64,000 nt of DNA from Candidatus Helarchaeota archaeon (GTDB lineage: Archaea > Asgardarchaeota > Lokiarchaeia > Helarchaeales > RDOG01). The position numbers and the translations under genes are program-made. Every line of letters starts with the position of its first letter. Positions within the stretch are counted from its first letter, which is position 1. Under the pieces are notes generated by a model. The model saw only the letters and a list, made by a program, of their open reading frames with translations, had not been told where the DNA came from and ran no database searches. Shown here piece by piece: positions 28,085 through 39,079 of this stretch. The stretch lies in NCBI GenBank assembly GCA_019058315.1, contig JAHPZH010000001.1:881432-945431 (forward strand), given 5' to 3'.

Positions 28085-30070
28085 TTATTCAATTTCTAAA
28101 AGAGTTCCATCTTGTTTTTCAATTAGAACAAATTCACATGATTCTTTGATATATAATACCAACTCATCATAATAATTCTGTAAATCTAAAATATCTTGTT
28201 TATCTAAAATTGTGTCCAAAATTTCATCAAACATATCTCTATAATAAAATCTAAGAATGAGAGCATCAGTTAAATCTTTTAATCCAATAAGAAGTCTAAC
28301 ATACCATTTTTCTTCATAATGCAAACCAATTTCTAAATTAGATTTTTCTCCAAAATATCTTCCAAATACTGGTGGTTCGACGTTGATTCCGGAATTTATG
28401 CTATTTTTGAAAAAGATGTTCCAGTTTCGTGCTTCTTGCCATTTAGCTTTATCTAACAGCTCAGAAAAATAATTAATATCTTCAATCTCTTTTTCTGTAT
28501 ATTTTTTTATAGAAGGTGATTTCTCAACATCTGTAGAAAATTTCTCAAATTTTCTAAATTTGATTATTTCTTTTGTAAGTTTAATGAAATCTGGGTCTTC
28601 ATAATATTCCTCAAAATCTTCCTCATTTGCTGCCTCCTTTTTATACTTTTCATCAATATTAATAGCTTTTTTCAGAAATTTAAAGGAATGTTTCTTATCT
28701 TGCAATAGCGAATATGCAGCAGCGACCCAAAATAAAGTTTTAGCATGATTAGGATTTTTCTCCAATAATTCAAGGTAAAGTTCAATAGCTTTTTTGAGAT
28801 ATGTTTTAGCTTCTTCTCTGTTGTTTTGTAATATCTTCATATGACCTGCACAGTGAAAATATTCAGGAATTCTATCATTATGAGATATTAATCTTTTAAA
28901 TTTGTTAAATGCCTTCTCATATTCTTTATTATTTTTACAAATTAAAGCTTCGTTAAAAACTTCTTCAGGATCAAAATAGTCCATTTTTAGAAAATTTGCT
29001 AAACCTCTACGGTAACTAAGATACGAATCCCCGCTGGCACTTTCAACTACTTTAAAACCACAATTAATTCCAGCACGTCTTAAATCTCCCGAAATATTTG
29101 CATAATGCCATACCGCAGGGCTATTTATAAAACCTACTAATATTTTTTTCTGTAGATTATTTAATTCTTTCACTAATACCACTGGATTTTTCTCATTGTA
29201 TTCTTTAAAAGCAAATGAAAGTAGTGCATTTGCCATATTAAGACCATTATTTCCGTCTTCTTCTTTTTTAAGTATTTCAATTAAGGAGTCAATTAATAAT
29301 TCTAATTGGTTAAGATTAAGCTCTTTAAAATAATCAAAAAGATTCTCATGAGCCATTTCACTTCCTCTCGTATTAAGCTTCTGTAGATCTAAGAATAGAT
29401 TCCAGTTATTTAGGAGCCTTTTTAGTCCATTAAGATTTTTTTCACTTATTTTATCTTTGTAGACCTTAATATAACCTAATAAAACTGCTAATTTTATAAA
29501 ATTGTCGTTATTTGCCAATAATAAGTCTTCAAATTTTTTGTAAATTTCAAGATTATTTTGTAAAAGAAGACCGATACATAAACCGATAACCGCTTTCAAT
29601 AATTTTCTCTCTTTATCATCCTCAAATAATTTAATATATAATTCGGTAATCTCGTTTTTCTTATTTTCGAAGCATGAAAGTAAATATACAGCAAATATTT
29701 GTTCATCTAACTTTTTTGAATTCAAAAATTTCACATAAGTTTTAAAACCTTTTTCAAATTCAGATTTAATAGTAACTAAAAAATCTTTATTTTTTGAGTA
29801 ACCTGTAACTAAATGATTCAAAAAAATTAAAAGTTCAAGTGTTACAGGTCCATTATTTTCAAGAATTTCAATTAAAAATGGTATTGAATATGAAGTCGCT
29901 GAATATATGGTTCCTTGGTGCCAAATAGTTCCATATAACCCCCATAATGCATTATCACGGTCTGCAGAGTTTTTAGATATTAAATCTTTTATGAGCTCTG
30001 GAATATCATCTGCTTCTCCATAAGCATGACTTAAGTTTTTCCAATCAACATTATCCAAGTTTTCCAACAT
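28085..30070 (-). CDS. HEAT/TPR repeat protein
   Basis: N-terminal WKNLSHAYGEADDIP...HQGTIYSAT; TPR-like repeats and a C-terminal extension. Confidence 0.75.
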   Translation of the reverse strand: MLENLDNVDWKNLSHAYGEADDIPELIKDLISKNSADRDNALWGLYGTIWHQGTIYSATSYSIPFLIEILENNGPVTLELLIFLNHLVTGYSKNKDFLVTIKSEFEKGFKTYVKFLNSKKLDEQIFAVYLLSCFENKKNEITELYIKLFEDDKERKLLKAVIGLCIGLLLQNNLEIYKKFEDLLLANNDNFIKLAVLLGYIKVYKDKISEKNLNGLKRLLNNWNLFLDLQKLNTRGSEMAHENLFDYFKELNLNQLELLIDSLIEILKKEEDGNNGLNMANALLSFAFKEYNEKNPVVLVKELNNLQKKILVGFINSPAVWHYANISGDLRRAGINCGFKVVESASGDSYLSYRRGLANFLKMDYFDPEEVFNEALICKNNKEYEKAFNKFKRLISHNDRIPEYFHCAGHMKILQNNREEAKTYLKKAIELYLELLEKNPNHAKTLFWVAAAYSLLQDKKHSFKFLKKAINIDEKYKKEAANEEDFEEYYEDPDFIKLTKEIIKFRKFEKFSTDVEKSPSIKKYTEKEIEDINYFSELLDKAKWQEARNWNIFFKNSINSGINVEPPVFGRYFGEKSNLEIGLHYEEKWYVRLLIGLKDLTDALILRFYYRDMFDEILDTILDKQDILDLQNYYDELVLYIKESCEFVLIEKQDGTLLEIE

Positions 30071-30079
30071 TTTAATTAA

Positions 30080-31525
30080 TCAGCTTTTATTTTTTGCTAT
30101 TTCTAATAGTTTAACTCCTTCCTTAAGAATATCTTCTAAATTTTCTTCATTTAAAGCTTCTGCAGAACAACGCAAAAGTGGTTCTGTCCCCGATGGTCGG
30201 ATTAAAAGCCAACTTCCATCTTCTAAAACAAATTTAAAACCATCTAGCTCAATTCTATCTATAATCTTTTTACCCAAAATCTCATTTGGTAAGATTTCTT
30301 TAATTTTTGCCATGACTTTTGGTTTTAATTCGTCCTCACACTCGAAATTTAGCAATTTTGTATATATTTCTCCAAATTCATTAGTTAAATCTGTATATAT
30401 TTTTGACAATGGTAAATTATAATATAACATCATTTCTAAAATTTTTAAATCGGTATAAATACCATCTTTTTCGGGTATATGTTCCTTAAACATAAGCCCC
30501 CCTGATTCTTCTCCTCCCATTAAAATATCTTTTGTCCGCATATGCTCTCCTACATATTTTGAACCTACAGCTACTTCGTAAAATGGGATTTTATAAGCTT
30601 TCGCAATCCTGTCTATCAAATTTGTTGTGCTAACTGTTCGAACTACCCCTCCTTTTTTTCCTTTATCTAAGAGATATTTTAATAACATTGCAAATATCTG
30701 GTTTGCACTTACAAATTCGCCTCTCTCGTTGATAGCAGCACTCCTATCTGAATCCCCATCACAAGCCAAACCAACATCAAGTTGCTTTTCTTTAACAATT
30801 TTACTTAATTCACTTAAATTTTTTTCACTAGGATTTGGAGATCCAAATCCACCAAAATTAGGGTCTAATTCGTCATGTAAAGTTATTACTTTTGTATTTA
30901 AATTCCTTAAAATGGCAGAAATATATGTCCTACCTGTTCCATATACTGGATCAAATGCGATTTTAATTGGATTTTCTTTTAAACCTTCTAAATCAACTAA
31001 TTTTAAAACACGATCAATATAAGCTTCTTTTGGGGAAAAGATTTCTAACATTTCTTCTTTTTTTGCTGATTCTAAATCATCAATTTTATTGATTTCTTGG
31101 GATTCTAAAATTCTATAAACTTCCTCAGTGATCTTATTCGTTACATCCGGCATAGCTGGTGCTGCATATTCTGGAATAAATTTAATCCCATGATATATAG
31201 CAGGATTATGAGATGCGGTTAGCATTACCGCTCCATCTAATTTAAGGTGGACTATAGAATATGTAATTACAGGTGTTGGAACATCTTCATTAGATAAATA
31301 ACACTTGATGCCGTTTCCGATTAGAACACGAGAAACTTCATCTGCAAATTCCTTAGAATTGCGCCGTGTATCGTATCCAATTGCAATTCTAATTTGTCCC
31401 GATTTAATTTTATTTAAATAATCTGCGATTGCTTGAGCTACAACTGCTACATTTTCTATTGTGAAATCTTCGTCCATTCGATCTCTCCAACCATCAGTAC
31501 CGAATTTAATACTTGGTTTCATCAT
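30080..31525 (-). CDS. phosphoglucomutase/phosphomannomutase
   Basis: FGTDGWR, TASHNP, DGDSDR, GGEESGG, RPSGTEP. Confidence 0.92.
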   Translation of the reverse strand: MMKPSIKFGTDGWRDRMDEDFTIENVAVVAQAIADYLNKIKSGQIRIAIGYDTRRNSKEFADEVSRVLIGNGIKCYLSNEDVPTPVITYSIVHLKLDGAVMLTASHNPAIYHGIKFIPEYAAPAMPDVTNKITEEVYRILESQEINKIDDLESAKKEEMLEIFSPKEAYIDRVLKLVDLEGLKENPIKIAFDPVYGTGRTYISAILRNLNTKVITLHDELDPNFGGFGSPNPSEKNLSELSKIVKEKQLDVGLACDGDSDRSAAINERGEFVSANQIFAMLLKYLLDKGKKGGVVRTVSTTNLIDRIAKAYKIPFYEVAVGSKYVGEHMRTKDILMGGEESGGLMFKEHIPEKDGIYTDLKILEMMLYYNLPLSKIYTDLTNEFGEIYTKLLNFECEDELKPKVMAKIKEILPNEILGKKIIDRIELDGFKFVLEDGSWLLIRPSGTEPLLRCSAEALNEENLEDILKEGVKLLEIAKNKS

Positions 31526-31643
31526 ATGTGCCTCATGAATTTTTAATTAGATTTGAATTACATATAAAAGGCTTTTTTCTATCTTTAGATTAAATTATTT
31601 TACAAATAAATCTTTCAAATTAAATTACTTTTGTCGATGTTTA

Positions 31644-32534
31644 ATGATTCCTATAACTGATAAAATCTTTTTCATTGAAGGAAAGAGTCATGGTAGATAC
31701 ATTTTTTCAAATTCTCTCTACATCGAGGATGATCAAAAAGCAATAATTGATACAGGAACTGGAAAATCAGCTCTTAGAAAATTAAAAAAGAATAATGTTG
31801 GAAATAATGATATTTTAATTATTAATTCTCATGTTCATGAGGATCATATTTGTGGAAATTACATATTTAGAAATTCAAAGATTGCTATTCATCGGTTAGA
31901 AGTCCCAATATTGGAAAACATAGATAGATTGGCAGAATTATATGGTATTGACGATCCTAAATATAAAGAGATGAATGAGCAGTTTTTTGCAATTTTTAAT
32001 CTTAAAAATTATAAAGTAGATATTAAGATCGAGAATAACCATATTTTTGATTTAGGAGAGATTAAACTTCAGACTATACATGCACCTGGTCATTGTGCTG
32101 GGCATTGTATGTTTTGGGAACCTAGTAATAAAATTTTATTTCTTGCCGATATTGATTTAAGCTCATTTGGTCCTTGGTATGGTGATATTTCATCAAGCGT
32201 TACTGATTTTATAGATTCTATTAATAAGGCAATAAAATTAAATCCAGATATTGCTATTTCAAGCCATAAAGGAGTTTATAAAGAGAGAATTAGAGAAAAA
32301 TTAAAGATTTTTTTAGATAAAATTTATGAGAGGGAAGGAAAAATACTCAATTTTCTGGAAAGAAAGCACACATTAGAAGAAATTGTAAAACAAGCTTTTA
32401 TTTATGGAAAATTTCCTGAACCTGAAGAAATGTTTGCTATTGCAGAAAGAATAATGGTTAAATTACATATTAATAGATTGTTAAATACAAAAAAAATTGA
32501 AGAAAATCCTAAGTATTCATTTATTGCTATTTAA
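31644..32534 (+). CDS. metallo-beta-lactamase-fold hydrolase
   Basis: SHVHEDH, PGHCAGH, ADID, SSH. Confidence 0.9.
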   Translation: MIPITDKIFFIEGKSHGRYIFSNSLYIEDDQKAIIDTGTGKSALRKLKKNNVGNNDILIINSHVHEDHICGNYIFRNSKIAIHRLEVPILENIDRLAELYGIDDPKYKEMNEQFFAIFNLKNYKVDIKIENNHIFDLGEIKLQTIHAPGHCAGHCMFWEPSNKILFLADIDLSSFGPWYGDISSSVTDFIDSINKAIKLNPDIAISSHKGVYKERIREKLKIFLDKIYEREGKILNFLERKHTLEEIVKQAFIYGKFPEPEEMFAIAERIMVKLHINRLLNTKKIEENPKYSFIAI

Positions 32535-32557
32535 CAAGTAAAAGGAGGTTTAAGGTT

Positions 32558-32857
32558 ATGAAAATAAATTTAGGCAAAAAAATTATTAATGGTACTATTA
32601 CTTCAATACCTATTAACGTTGGTCATGGTTATAGTAATGCTAATAGTTGTGTTATTAAATTAGACGCCGAAATTGAAGGTATTCCCGATGAACTTGTTGT
32701 AAAATACTTTACTGCTAATGGTTTTTATGTCAGACCGGGAGATAAAGTTCTTATTCAAGGTAAAATCTATCGAGAAAGAATAAAATTTTGGAATAAAAAT
32801 TTTATTTGGGTAAATGCTAACCACATTTTTAATCAAACACTGAATTGTGGTTTTTAA
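32558..32857 (+). CDS. small OB-fold-like hypothetical protein
   Basis: Beta-rich, VRPGDKVLIQG; SD AGGAGGT. Confidence 0.6.
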   Translation: MKINLGKKIINGTITSIPINVGHGYSNANSCVIKLDAEIEGIPDELVVKYFTANGFYVRPGDKVLIQGKIYRERIKFWNKNFIWVNANHIFNQTLNCGF

Positions 32858-32890
32858 TAGCTAATTAAATTAATTTTAAAATCTAAAAAA

Positions 32891-34723
32891 TTAATGAACT
32901 GTAACCGTTTTAGCTAAATTTCTAGGTTTATCTGGATCAAATCCTCTTTTAATTGCAGAAAAATAAGCAAACATTTGAAGTGGAACAATATAAGCCACTG
33001 GAGTAAATATATTAGGAACTTTAGAGGGAATAATGAATTTTATATCTGATAATTTTTGTATTTTTAAATCATCAATTTCAACAACACTAATGATTTTTGC
33101 TCCACGAGCTTTCATTTCCATAATATTTGTTATTAAACGCTCTTGAGTATCATCAGGAGGGGCAACAAACACAACTGGAAAATCAGGTTCTATTAAAGCA
33201 ATAGGTCCATGCTTACTTTCTCCTGCTGGATAACTTTCTGCATGGATATATGAAATTTCTTTTAATTTTAATGCTCCTTCCGAGGCAGTTGCGGTATTGA
33301 TTCCTCGACCTAAATATAAAAAATTGTCTTTTTTTGAAAATTGATCAGCAGCGATTTTAATATTTTCTTCTTGGTTTATAATGATTTTTTGGACAATATC
33401 AGGTAAAAAATCCAAATGATGCTTTAAATCTCTAAATTCCGACTGATCAATTGCTCCTTTAATTTTTCCTAATTGCATACCTAGCATACAGAATGCAATT
33501 AATTGAACTACAAAGGTTTTAGTTGCAGCTACACCTATTTCAGGTCCAGCTTGAGTATTAATTATATGATCTGAAAGTCTTGTAATAGAGCTTCCTACAA
33601 CATTAGTTATTGATATAATCTTAGCACCTGCTTTTTTAGCAAATTTCAACGCAGTTAAAGTATCCATTGATTCTCCAGATTGTGAAACACCTAAAACTAC
33701 AGAATCGTCATCGATTATATTTCCTACATTATCAATAAATTCCGATGAAATTAACGCCCTATTATTAGTTTTAGTGAGATTGTTAAATATATAAGAACCA
33801 GCAAGACCTGCATGGAAAGATGTCCCTGCAGCTGTAATAAATACGTTTTTCGTGTTATTAATCATTTTAGCAATATCAATAATATTTTCAGGGTCAATTA
33901 ACAAAGTATTTCTAATTGCTCTTGGTTGTTCATGAATTTCTTTCAACATGAAATGAGGCATTCCACCTTTTTGTGCCATTTCTGAAGTCCATTGGATAGT
34001 TATTGGTTCTCTTGGTATGATTGTGTTTGGATCACTTAATTTATAAATTTCTACCCTATTAGGAGTTAAAACAGCAATTTCTTCATCTTCTAATATTAGT
34101 GCTTGATTTGTAAGGTGTAAAAAAGCAGGAATATCACTCGCAGCAAATACTGCGTTAGAACCAATGCCAATTACAAGGGGACTATCTTTTCTAGCGACAA
34201 TAATTTGTTGGGGGTAGTCCTCATGTAAAATTGCAACAGCATATTCGCCATGAACTCTTTTTAAAGCTCTTATAACTGCTTCTTTCAACTTTGTTTTTCT
34301 TTTTCGTAAATTTATTTCTATTAAATGCGGCAAAACTTCGGTATCACATTCACTAATAAATTTATGCCCCATTTCTTCAATTTCTTCTTGTAGATCTAGA
34401 AAGTTACTAATGATTCCATTATGAACAACGGCTAATTTATTAGTACAACAATGATGTGGATGGGCATTTAGTTTTGTTACGCCTCCATGAGTTGCCCATC
34501 TAGTGTGCGCTATTCCAATATTTCCTGGTAAATCTGTAAGGGTAATTCTTTCTTCTACTTCATCGATTTTACCTTTATCTTTTTTGATATAAATTTTTCC
34601 TTCAGAAATTGTGGCTAAACCTACACTATCATACCCTCTATATTCGAGGCGTTTTAAAGAATCTTTTAATAATGGTGCAACTTGAGTATTATCGTTGAAA
34701 ACCATCGCAATTATGCCGCACGT
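32891..34723 (-). CDS. glmS: glutamine--fructose-6-phosphate aminotransferase (ACG start)
   Basis: (M)CGII...RLEYRGYDS, HTRWATHG, SQSGES, KHGP, DKPRNLAKTVT. The N-terminal Cys lies upstream of the track's ATG. Confidence 0.95.
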   Translation of the reverse strand, partial: TCGIIAMVFNDNTQVAPLLKDSLKRLEYRGYDSVGLATISEGKIYIKKDKGKIDEVEERITLTDLPGNIGIAHTRWATHGGVTKLNAHPHHCCTNKLAVVHNGIISNFLDLQEEIEEMGHKFISECDTEVLPHLIEINLRKRKTKLKEAVIRALKRVHGEYAVAILHEDYPQQIIVARKDSPLVIGIGSNAVFAASDIPAFLHLTNQALILEDEEIAVLTPNRVEIYKLSDPNTIIPREPITIQWTSEMAQKGGMPHFMLKEIHEQPRAIRNTLLIDPENIIDIAKMINNTKNVFITAAGTSFHAGLAGSYIFNNLTKTNNRALISSEFIDNVGNIIDDDSVVLGVSQSGESMDTLTALKFAKKAGAKIISITNVVGSSITRLSDHIINTQAGPEIGVAATKTFVVQLIAFCMLGMQLGKIKGAIDQSEFRDLKHHLDFLPDIVQKIIINQEENIKIAADQFSKKDNFLYLGRGINTATASEGALKLKEISYIHAESYPAGESKHGPIALIEPDFPVVFVAPPDDTQERLITNIMEMKARGAKIISVVEIDDLKIQKLSDIKFIIPSKVPNIFTPVAYIVPLQMFAYFSAIKRGFDPDKPRNLAKTVTVH

Positions 34724-34948
34724 TTTAAATTCGCCTCAAATATATAGTTACTAAATTAAAGTTTAACTCAAAATATTTATTTTTTTATATTATAATTAAA
34801 TACTCTTTAAATAATTTTGTAACTGAAAAAGCTAAAAACAGATTATTTCAATAAAAAATAAAAGAAATAACATAAAAATAGCTAACATTAGATTTAATCT
34901 TAATATAATTTCTAAAAAATTAAATTAACAAAATAAAATTAGAATGTT

Positions 34949-36202
34949 TTACTTGTGATCTGCATCAGAAATATGTTTCTTTATTGTTTCTTTGCTGGTT
35001 AGCATCTCTTTTTCTAAATTTTGGAGTTCCATTTCTAATTCTATTTCAGAATCGTTTATATTTGATGTAATATTTAATGGCCGAGTACCACTTATGATGT
35101 CCTTATAATCGAGTGTTTTTATATCATAAACTAAATTTCTCATTTTCTTTTTCAAAACTGCTTGATTATATGCTTGAAAACTCTGGGGTGGGAGGCTATT
35201 TGATAAAATTCCTGTAATTCTATTTGCGATGGGAATTAATGATATATTCTGAATTGCATTAGTTAATATAGAATATTTATTAGTTTTATCCTTATGATAT
35301 GTATTAATTCTCCAAATATTATAGTGATCATAAGGTGAAAAATATAAAAATTCTCGTTCTATTCCTTGATTACTATCCTTAAAAATCTTCGTGAATTCTC
35401 CAGGATGCATTAAATAAAATAAAAGTTCAGTATCAAGTCTAGGTAATCGCCATTTCTTTGAACTCATTCCCAATTTGACTTGGTAGTGATGCTCGATTGC
35501 TACAGAAATTTCAGTTGTTTCAGGATTATTAAGTAAACCTGATAGACTTTTATTAGATGTATAACAAAAATCAATCATGGGGTTTAGGATCTTAAGTTTT
35601 TCGGTCTCTATAATTCTAGTGGCATCATTATCAAATAATACAGCATCAGGAGAAGAATTATCAATAAGATCTATTGCATGCCCTCTTATATCATCTATTA
35701 ATTTTAAGGGCTGGTCCAATATATTAAATTTCACTTGATTATTTAAAAATTCAATTAAAATACAATTACATTTTTCGGAAACATCGGGTAAAGTCTTGAA
35801 TAATAAGGTTCTATAAAGTAAATGTTCTGGTAAAAGACCAAATTTTTTAACCATTAAGAATTCGCGTAAATCACTAAAATTTATAATATTAGTTATTGAG
35901 CCTGTTAAACTACTATCTATCAAACTTTCGGATAATACCTCAAATTCGTCTTTAGTTATTATTTTTTTATCCGATTTTCTACTTTCTGTTGTAATATCCA
36001 TCAAATATTCAATTATTAGTTTAATATCTCTTGTAGGAGATACCCCATATAGATGTTTTTGATAATAAACATCTTCTTCAATAATTCTATTTGATAAATA
36101 ACCCAGAACTTGGGAGAATCTTAAGTCCCCTAAAATATTTCGCCATTTTTGGACTTCAGATAACGATAGGACTCCTAAAATTTTTAGACTATCTACTCCC
36201 AT
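34949..36202 (-). CDS. hypothetical protein
   Basis: 417-aa ORF 10 nt downstream of the wHTH gene; no motif recognised. Confidence 0.7.
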   Translation of the reverse strand: MGVDSLKILGVLSLSEVQKWRNILGDLRFSQVLGYLSNRIIEEDVYYQKHLYGVSPTRDIKLIIEYLMDITTESRKSDKKIITKDEFEVLSESLIDSSLTGSITNIINFSDLREFLMVKKFGLLPEHLLYRTLLFKTLPDVSEKCNCILIEFLNNQVKFNILDQPLKLIDDIRGHAIDLIDNSSPDAVLFDNDATRIIETEKLKILNPMIDFCYTSNKSLSGLLNNPETTEISVAIEHHYQVKLGMSSKKWRLPRLDTELLFYLMHPGEFTKIFKDSNQGIEREFLYFSPYDHYNIWRINTYHKDKTNKYSILTNAIQNISLIPIANRITGILSNSLPPQSFQAYNQAVLKKKMRNLVYDIKTLDYKDIISGTRPLNITSNINDSEIELEMELQNLEKEMLTSKETIKKHISDADHK

Positions 36203-36212
36203 TTAATACATC

Positions 36213-36875
36213 CTAATCGGGTCTTATAGTATATCTAAATTTACATTTATCTTCTAATTTCTTTTCAGAAATTACATTAAATTCATAAAGAGGAAATAAA
36301 GAGTTTATCACTTTACGTACAACTTTATCACAAAACCCACATAATTCCTTTTTACAAAATGACGAGTTTATGGGTTTTGTTAAATTTACTCCAACTAAAA
36401 TATATCCATGCCTTATTTTCTTTGTATATACATCTGTAGGGACATTAACCCTATCTTCAATTTCTTTTGAAAGGAACTCGGCAACATTGATATGAGTTTT
36501 ATCTTCTAATAAATCAAGAACAGAATTAAATCTAGAAAGTATAGAGTGAATTTCAGGAGACAATTTATAATAAGTATTTCTTGCATCAATTCCTGCTGCA
36601 ACAAGTTCCGTAACTAAACCAGTTTCAGTTAGTGATTTTAAACGTCTCCGAAGGGAAGAAATTGATACATTTGAATCTTTTGACCTTGAAATGTTATTTA
36701 ATAGTTCTTTTTGAGTTAAAGGTGAGCTGAAATCTTCATTTAACACCTTCAAAATTTTAAATGCCTCGTTACGAAGTTCACCAGGTGATTGGGAAAAAAA
36801 AGCTCTAATAAAGGCGTTTAAAACCTCGTTTTTTTCCTTAAATCTTTCTAAAGTGTCAGTCAAATTATTAGACAC
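36213..36875 (-). CDS. winged-helix (ArsR/MarR-like) regulator with Cys-containing C-terminal domain
   Basis: LTQKEL...SISSLRRRLKSLTETGLV...DARNTYYKL; CKKELCGFC...C. Confidence 0.7.
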   Translation of the reverse strand: MSNNLTDTLERFKEKNEVLNAFIRAFFSQSPGELRNEAFKILKVLNEDFSSPLTQKELLNNISRSKDSNVSISSLRRRLKSLTETGLVTELVAAGIDARNTYYKLSPEIHSILSRFNSVLDLLEDKTHINVAEFLSKEIEDRVNVPTDVYTKKIRHGYILVGVNLTKPINSSFCKKELCGFCDKVVRKVINSLFPLYEFNVISEKKLEDKCKFRYTIRPD

Positions 36876-37118
36876 AGTTCATTCCTCTAAATCTAATGGA
36901 TTTTTGTGTTATTAAATAAAAATCATTAAAACAATCCATTATTAAAAAAGAAGTAAATGATGATTCTTAAAACTAACGAATACTGCAGTATTCTTTTCTT
37001 TTTTAAATTATTTTCTAGTGGGATATTAAGTTAAAAATTGTTTTAAATCAACTGGAATTTTATCTCTAGAAATTGGAACTTGAGGTTCTATCTTGCTAAA
37101 GGTGTTTTTAACGTATTG

Positions 37119-38909
37119 TTAAAGTTCTTTAGAAATTTCTGTAAGCCACTGAAGGCGAATATCATAGGCATCAGACCAAAGTTTCTGGAATATGGAAATA
37201 TATTTTTTTATAAGGAAATTATCCATAATCAGATTTAATTTTGAATGCTCTGAGTATTCAAAAAGACAAAGAATATTTTGATCAATAATAGCAAACTGGA
37301 ATTGTTCAAATGAAATTTGTCTCATTTGAAATTGGGGATATAAACTTAAGATAAAATCTATAAAGAATCGTTTTAACTCGTCCTTTGAATAAATTGTTAA
37401 GTGCGGAAAGGTGTTGTTCCTTATCCATTTAAAGGTTACTCCCTCCTTGATTTTTTTCGGTACTAATGAATTCAACTTATCATAGAATTTTTCTTGAGAA
37501 AAAGTTTCTAATACCGAAAGAGTTCCTTCACTTGATTTAAAAATAGGTCCCTGAACGGTTAATACTTCATTTTTTGCATTTTTAAATAAATGTATATAAA
37601 ATTTTAATCCCAATTTCAATCCTGGGATTATGATAAATTTATCTGTGAAATTATATTTTATTGGGAATTTCCTTTCTGACTGCTTAATTGCTTTTTCTAA
37701 ATCCATATTAATTTTATAATCTATTATTGCATCTCTTATATCTAAACTATTTTCCCAAATCCGATCAAATTCAAACTTTATCTGTCTTGCTGTTAAATTA
37801 TTATTTATAACTAATCCATTCACGTTCTCAGTTAATTCATATATTCCAATAGCTTGAAATATAATATTTTCATCAATAACAAATCTAAATTCTCTTTTTT
37901 CCTTTTCAATAGGAACTTTAATTTCAAATTTATTTTGATAAATTTCTGTTATGAATTGTAAGAAGATATTATCGAATTTATGGACAAGCCAATCATCAAT
38001 ATATATAAGAATTCTTAGGTTAAATTCAACTTTTTTTCTCAAAATTTCTAACAAACTATAAAAAATTTCTTCCAAAAATCGCTTAATAGGGTCTATTCTT
38101 TCAAAATTACATCGAAAATCAATGAGAATCTCTTTATCTGCATTTTTAATTAATTCTATTATTGTTTCTTTAATCTCATTTATATTAGCTTTTATTTCAA
38201 AATCTTTTAATTTTTCTGGGATTTTCTTTTGTGTCTGTTGAAAATATTCAATAATTTCATTCATTCTTTTTTCTCTCTCACTCCAAAGATCCTCTTGAAA
38301 TTGTTGTTCAATTTTTATAATTGATCTTATGCTTTTTGGATAATAAAAATTCACTCTACCGATCTTCTGTCTAATAATTAATCCTCTTTTTTCCAATAAA
38401 TGCAAATTATATCTTATAGTTGGTTCTTTATTTTTACTTTTAGACTTTTGGCTAATATCCTTAAGACTCATGACATTTGGAGAAGTTTTATCATTGAAAT
38501 TTAAGAATAAAATGTTTAAAATTTCAACCATTTCGTTTGTTAGTCTTAATTGAGCACTTGAAATTTTTAAAATATCAAATTGACCTTTCTTATCCTTTAT
38601 TTTTTCTAAAAATGTATCAAAAAGTTGTTTTTTCTTCAAATGCGTGTTTTTTTCTTCTTGTAAAAGCTCTTTAAATCTAATTTCGTTAAATTGATACATA
38701 ATTGGGCGACGATCTTTTAATACAAATAAAAATTTCTTATCTATTAAATCTTGTAATACTTCGCGATAAAAAGATTTTTTAGATTTGATTAAATTTTTAA
38801 TTTTTTTAAAGCTTAAATCTTTCTTAGCTCTATTCTGAATAAAGAATTTGAGTAATTTTGCTTGATTTTTTGTTAGCCCCCAAACTTGTAAATTTTCTAA
38901 TGTAATCAT
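37119..38909 (-). CDS. TrmB-like protein: 2 wHTH + 2 PLD-like domains (premature stop likely)
   Basis: WGLTKNQAKLL; IRYNLHLLEKRGLI; two A(K/D)xE...(I/V)ID...FxxxW units. Confidence 0.7.
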   Translation of the reverse strand: MITLENLQVWGLTKNQAKLLKFFIQNRAKKDLSFKKIKNLIKSKKSFYREVLQDLIDKKFLFVLKDRRPIMYQFNEIRFKELLQEEKNTHLKKKQLFDTFLEKIKDKKGQFDILKISSAQLRLTNEMVEILNILFLNFNDKTSPNVMSLKDISQKSKSKNKEPTIRYNLHLLEKRGLIIRQKIGRVNFYYPKSIRSIIKIEQQFQEDLWSEREKRMNEIIEYFQQTQKKIPEKLKDFEIKANINEIKETIIELIKNADKEILIDFRCNFERIDPIKRFLEEIFYSLLEILRKKVEFNLRILIYIDDWLVHKFDNIFLQFITEIYQNKFEIKVPIEKEKREFRFVIDENIIFQAIGIYELTENVNGLVINNNLTARQIKFEFDRIWENSLDIRDAIIDYKINMDLEKAIKQSERKFPIKYNFTDKFIIIPGLKLGLKFYIHLFKNAKNEVLTVQGPIFKSSEGTLSVLETFSQEKFYDKLNSLVPKKIKEGVTFKWIRNNTFPHLTIYSKDELKRFFIDFILSLYPQFQMRQISFEQFQFAIIDQNILCLFEYSEHSKLNLIMDNFLIKKYISIFQKLWSDAYDIRLQWLTEISKEL

Positions 38910-39079
38910 TTAAATCAAAATTAAAGATAAAAATTAATAATTACTTTCTACTATTTTCATCAAAATTTTTAAATTTTCCTTATCCCTACTTAATTTAACT
39001 AATAAAATATTATATTAACATAATTTGAGGGTCTGAGGGGGACCACTTATATTAATTAGCTATTAAAAAAATAGTTATA

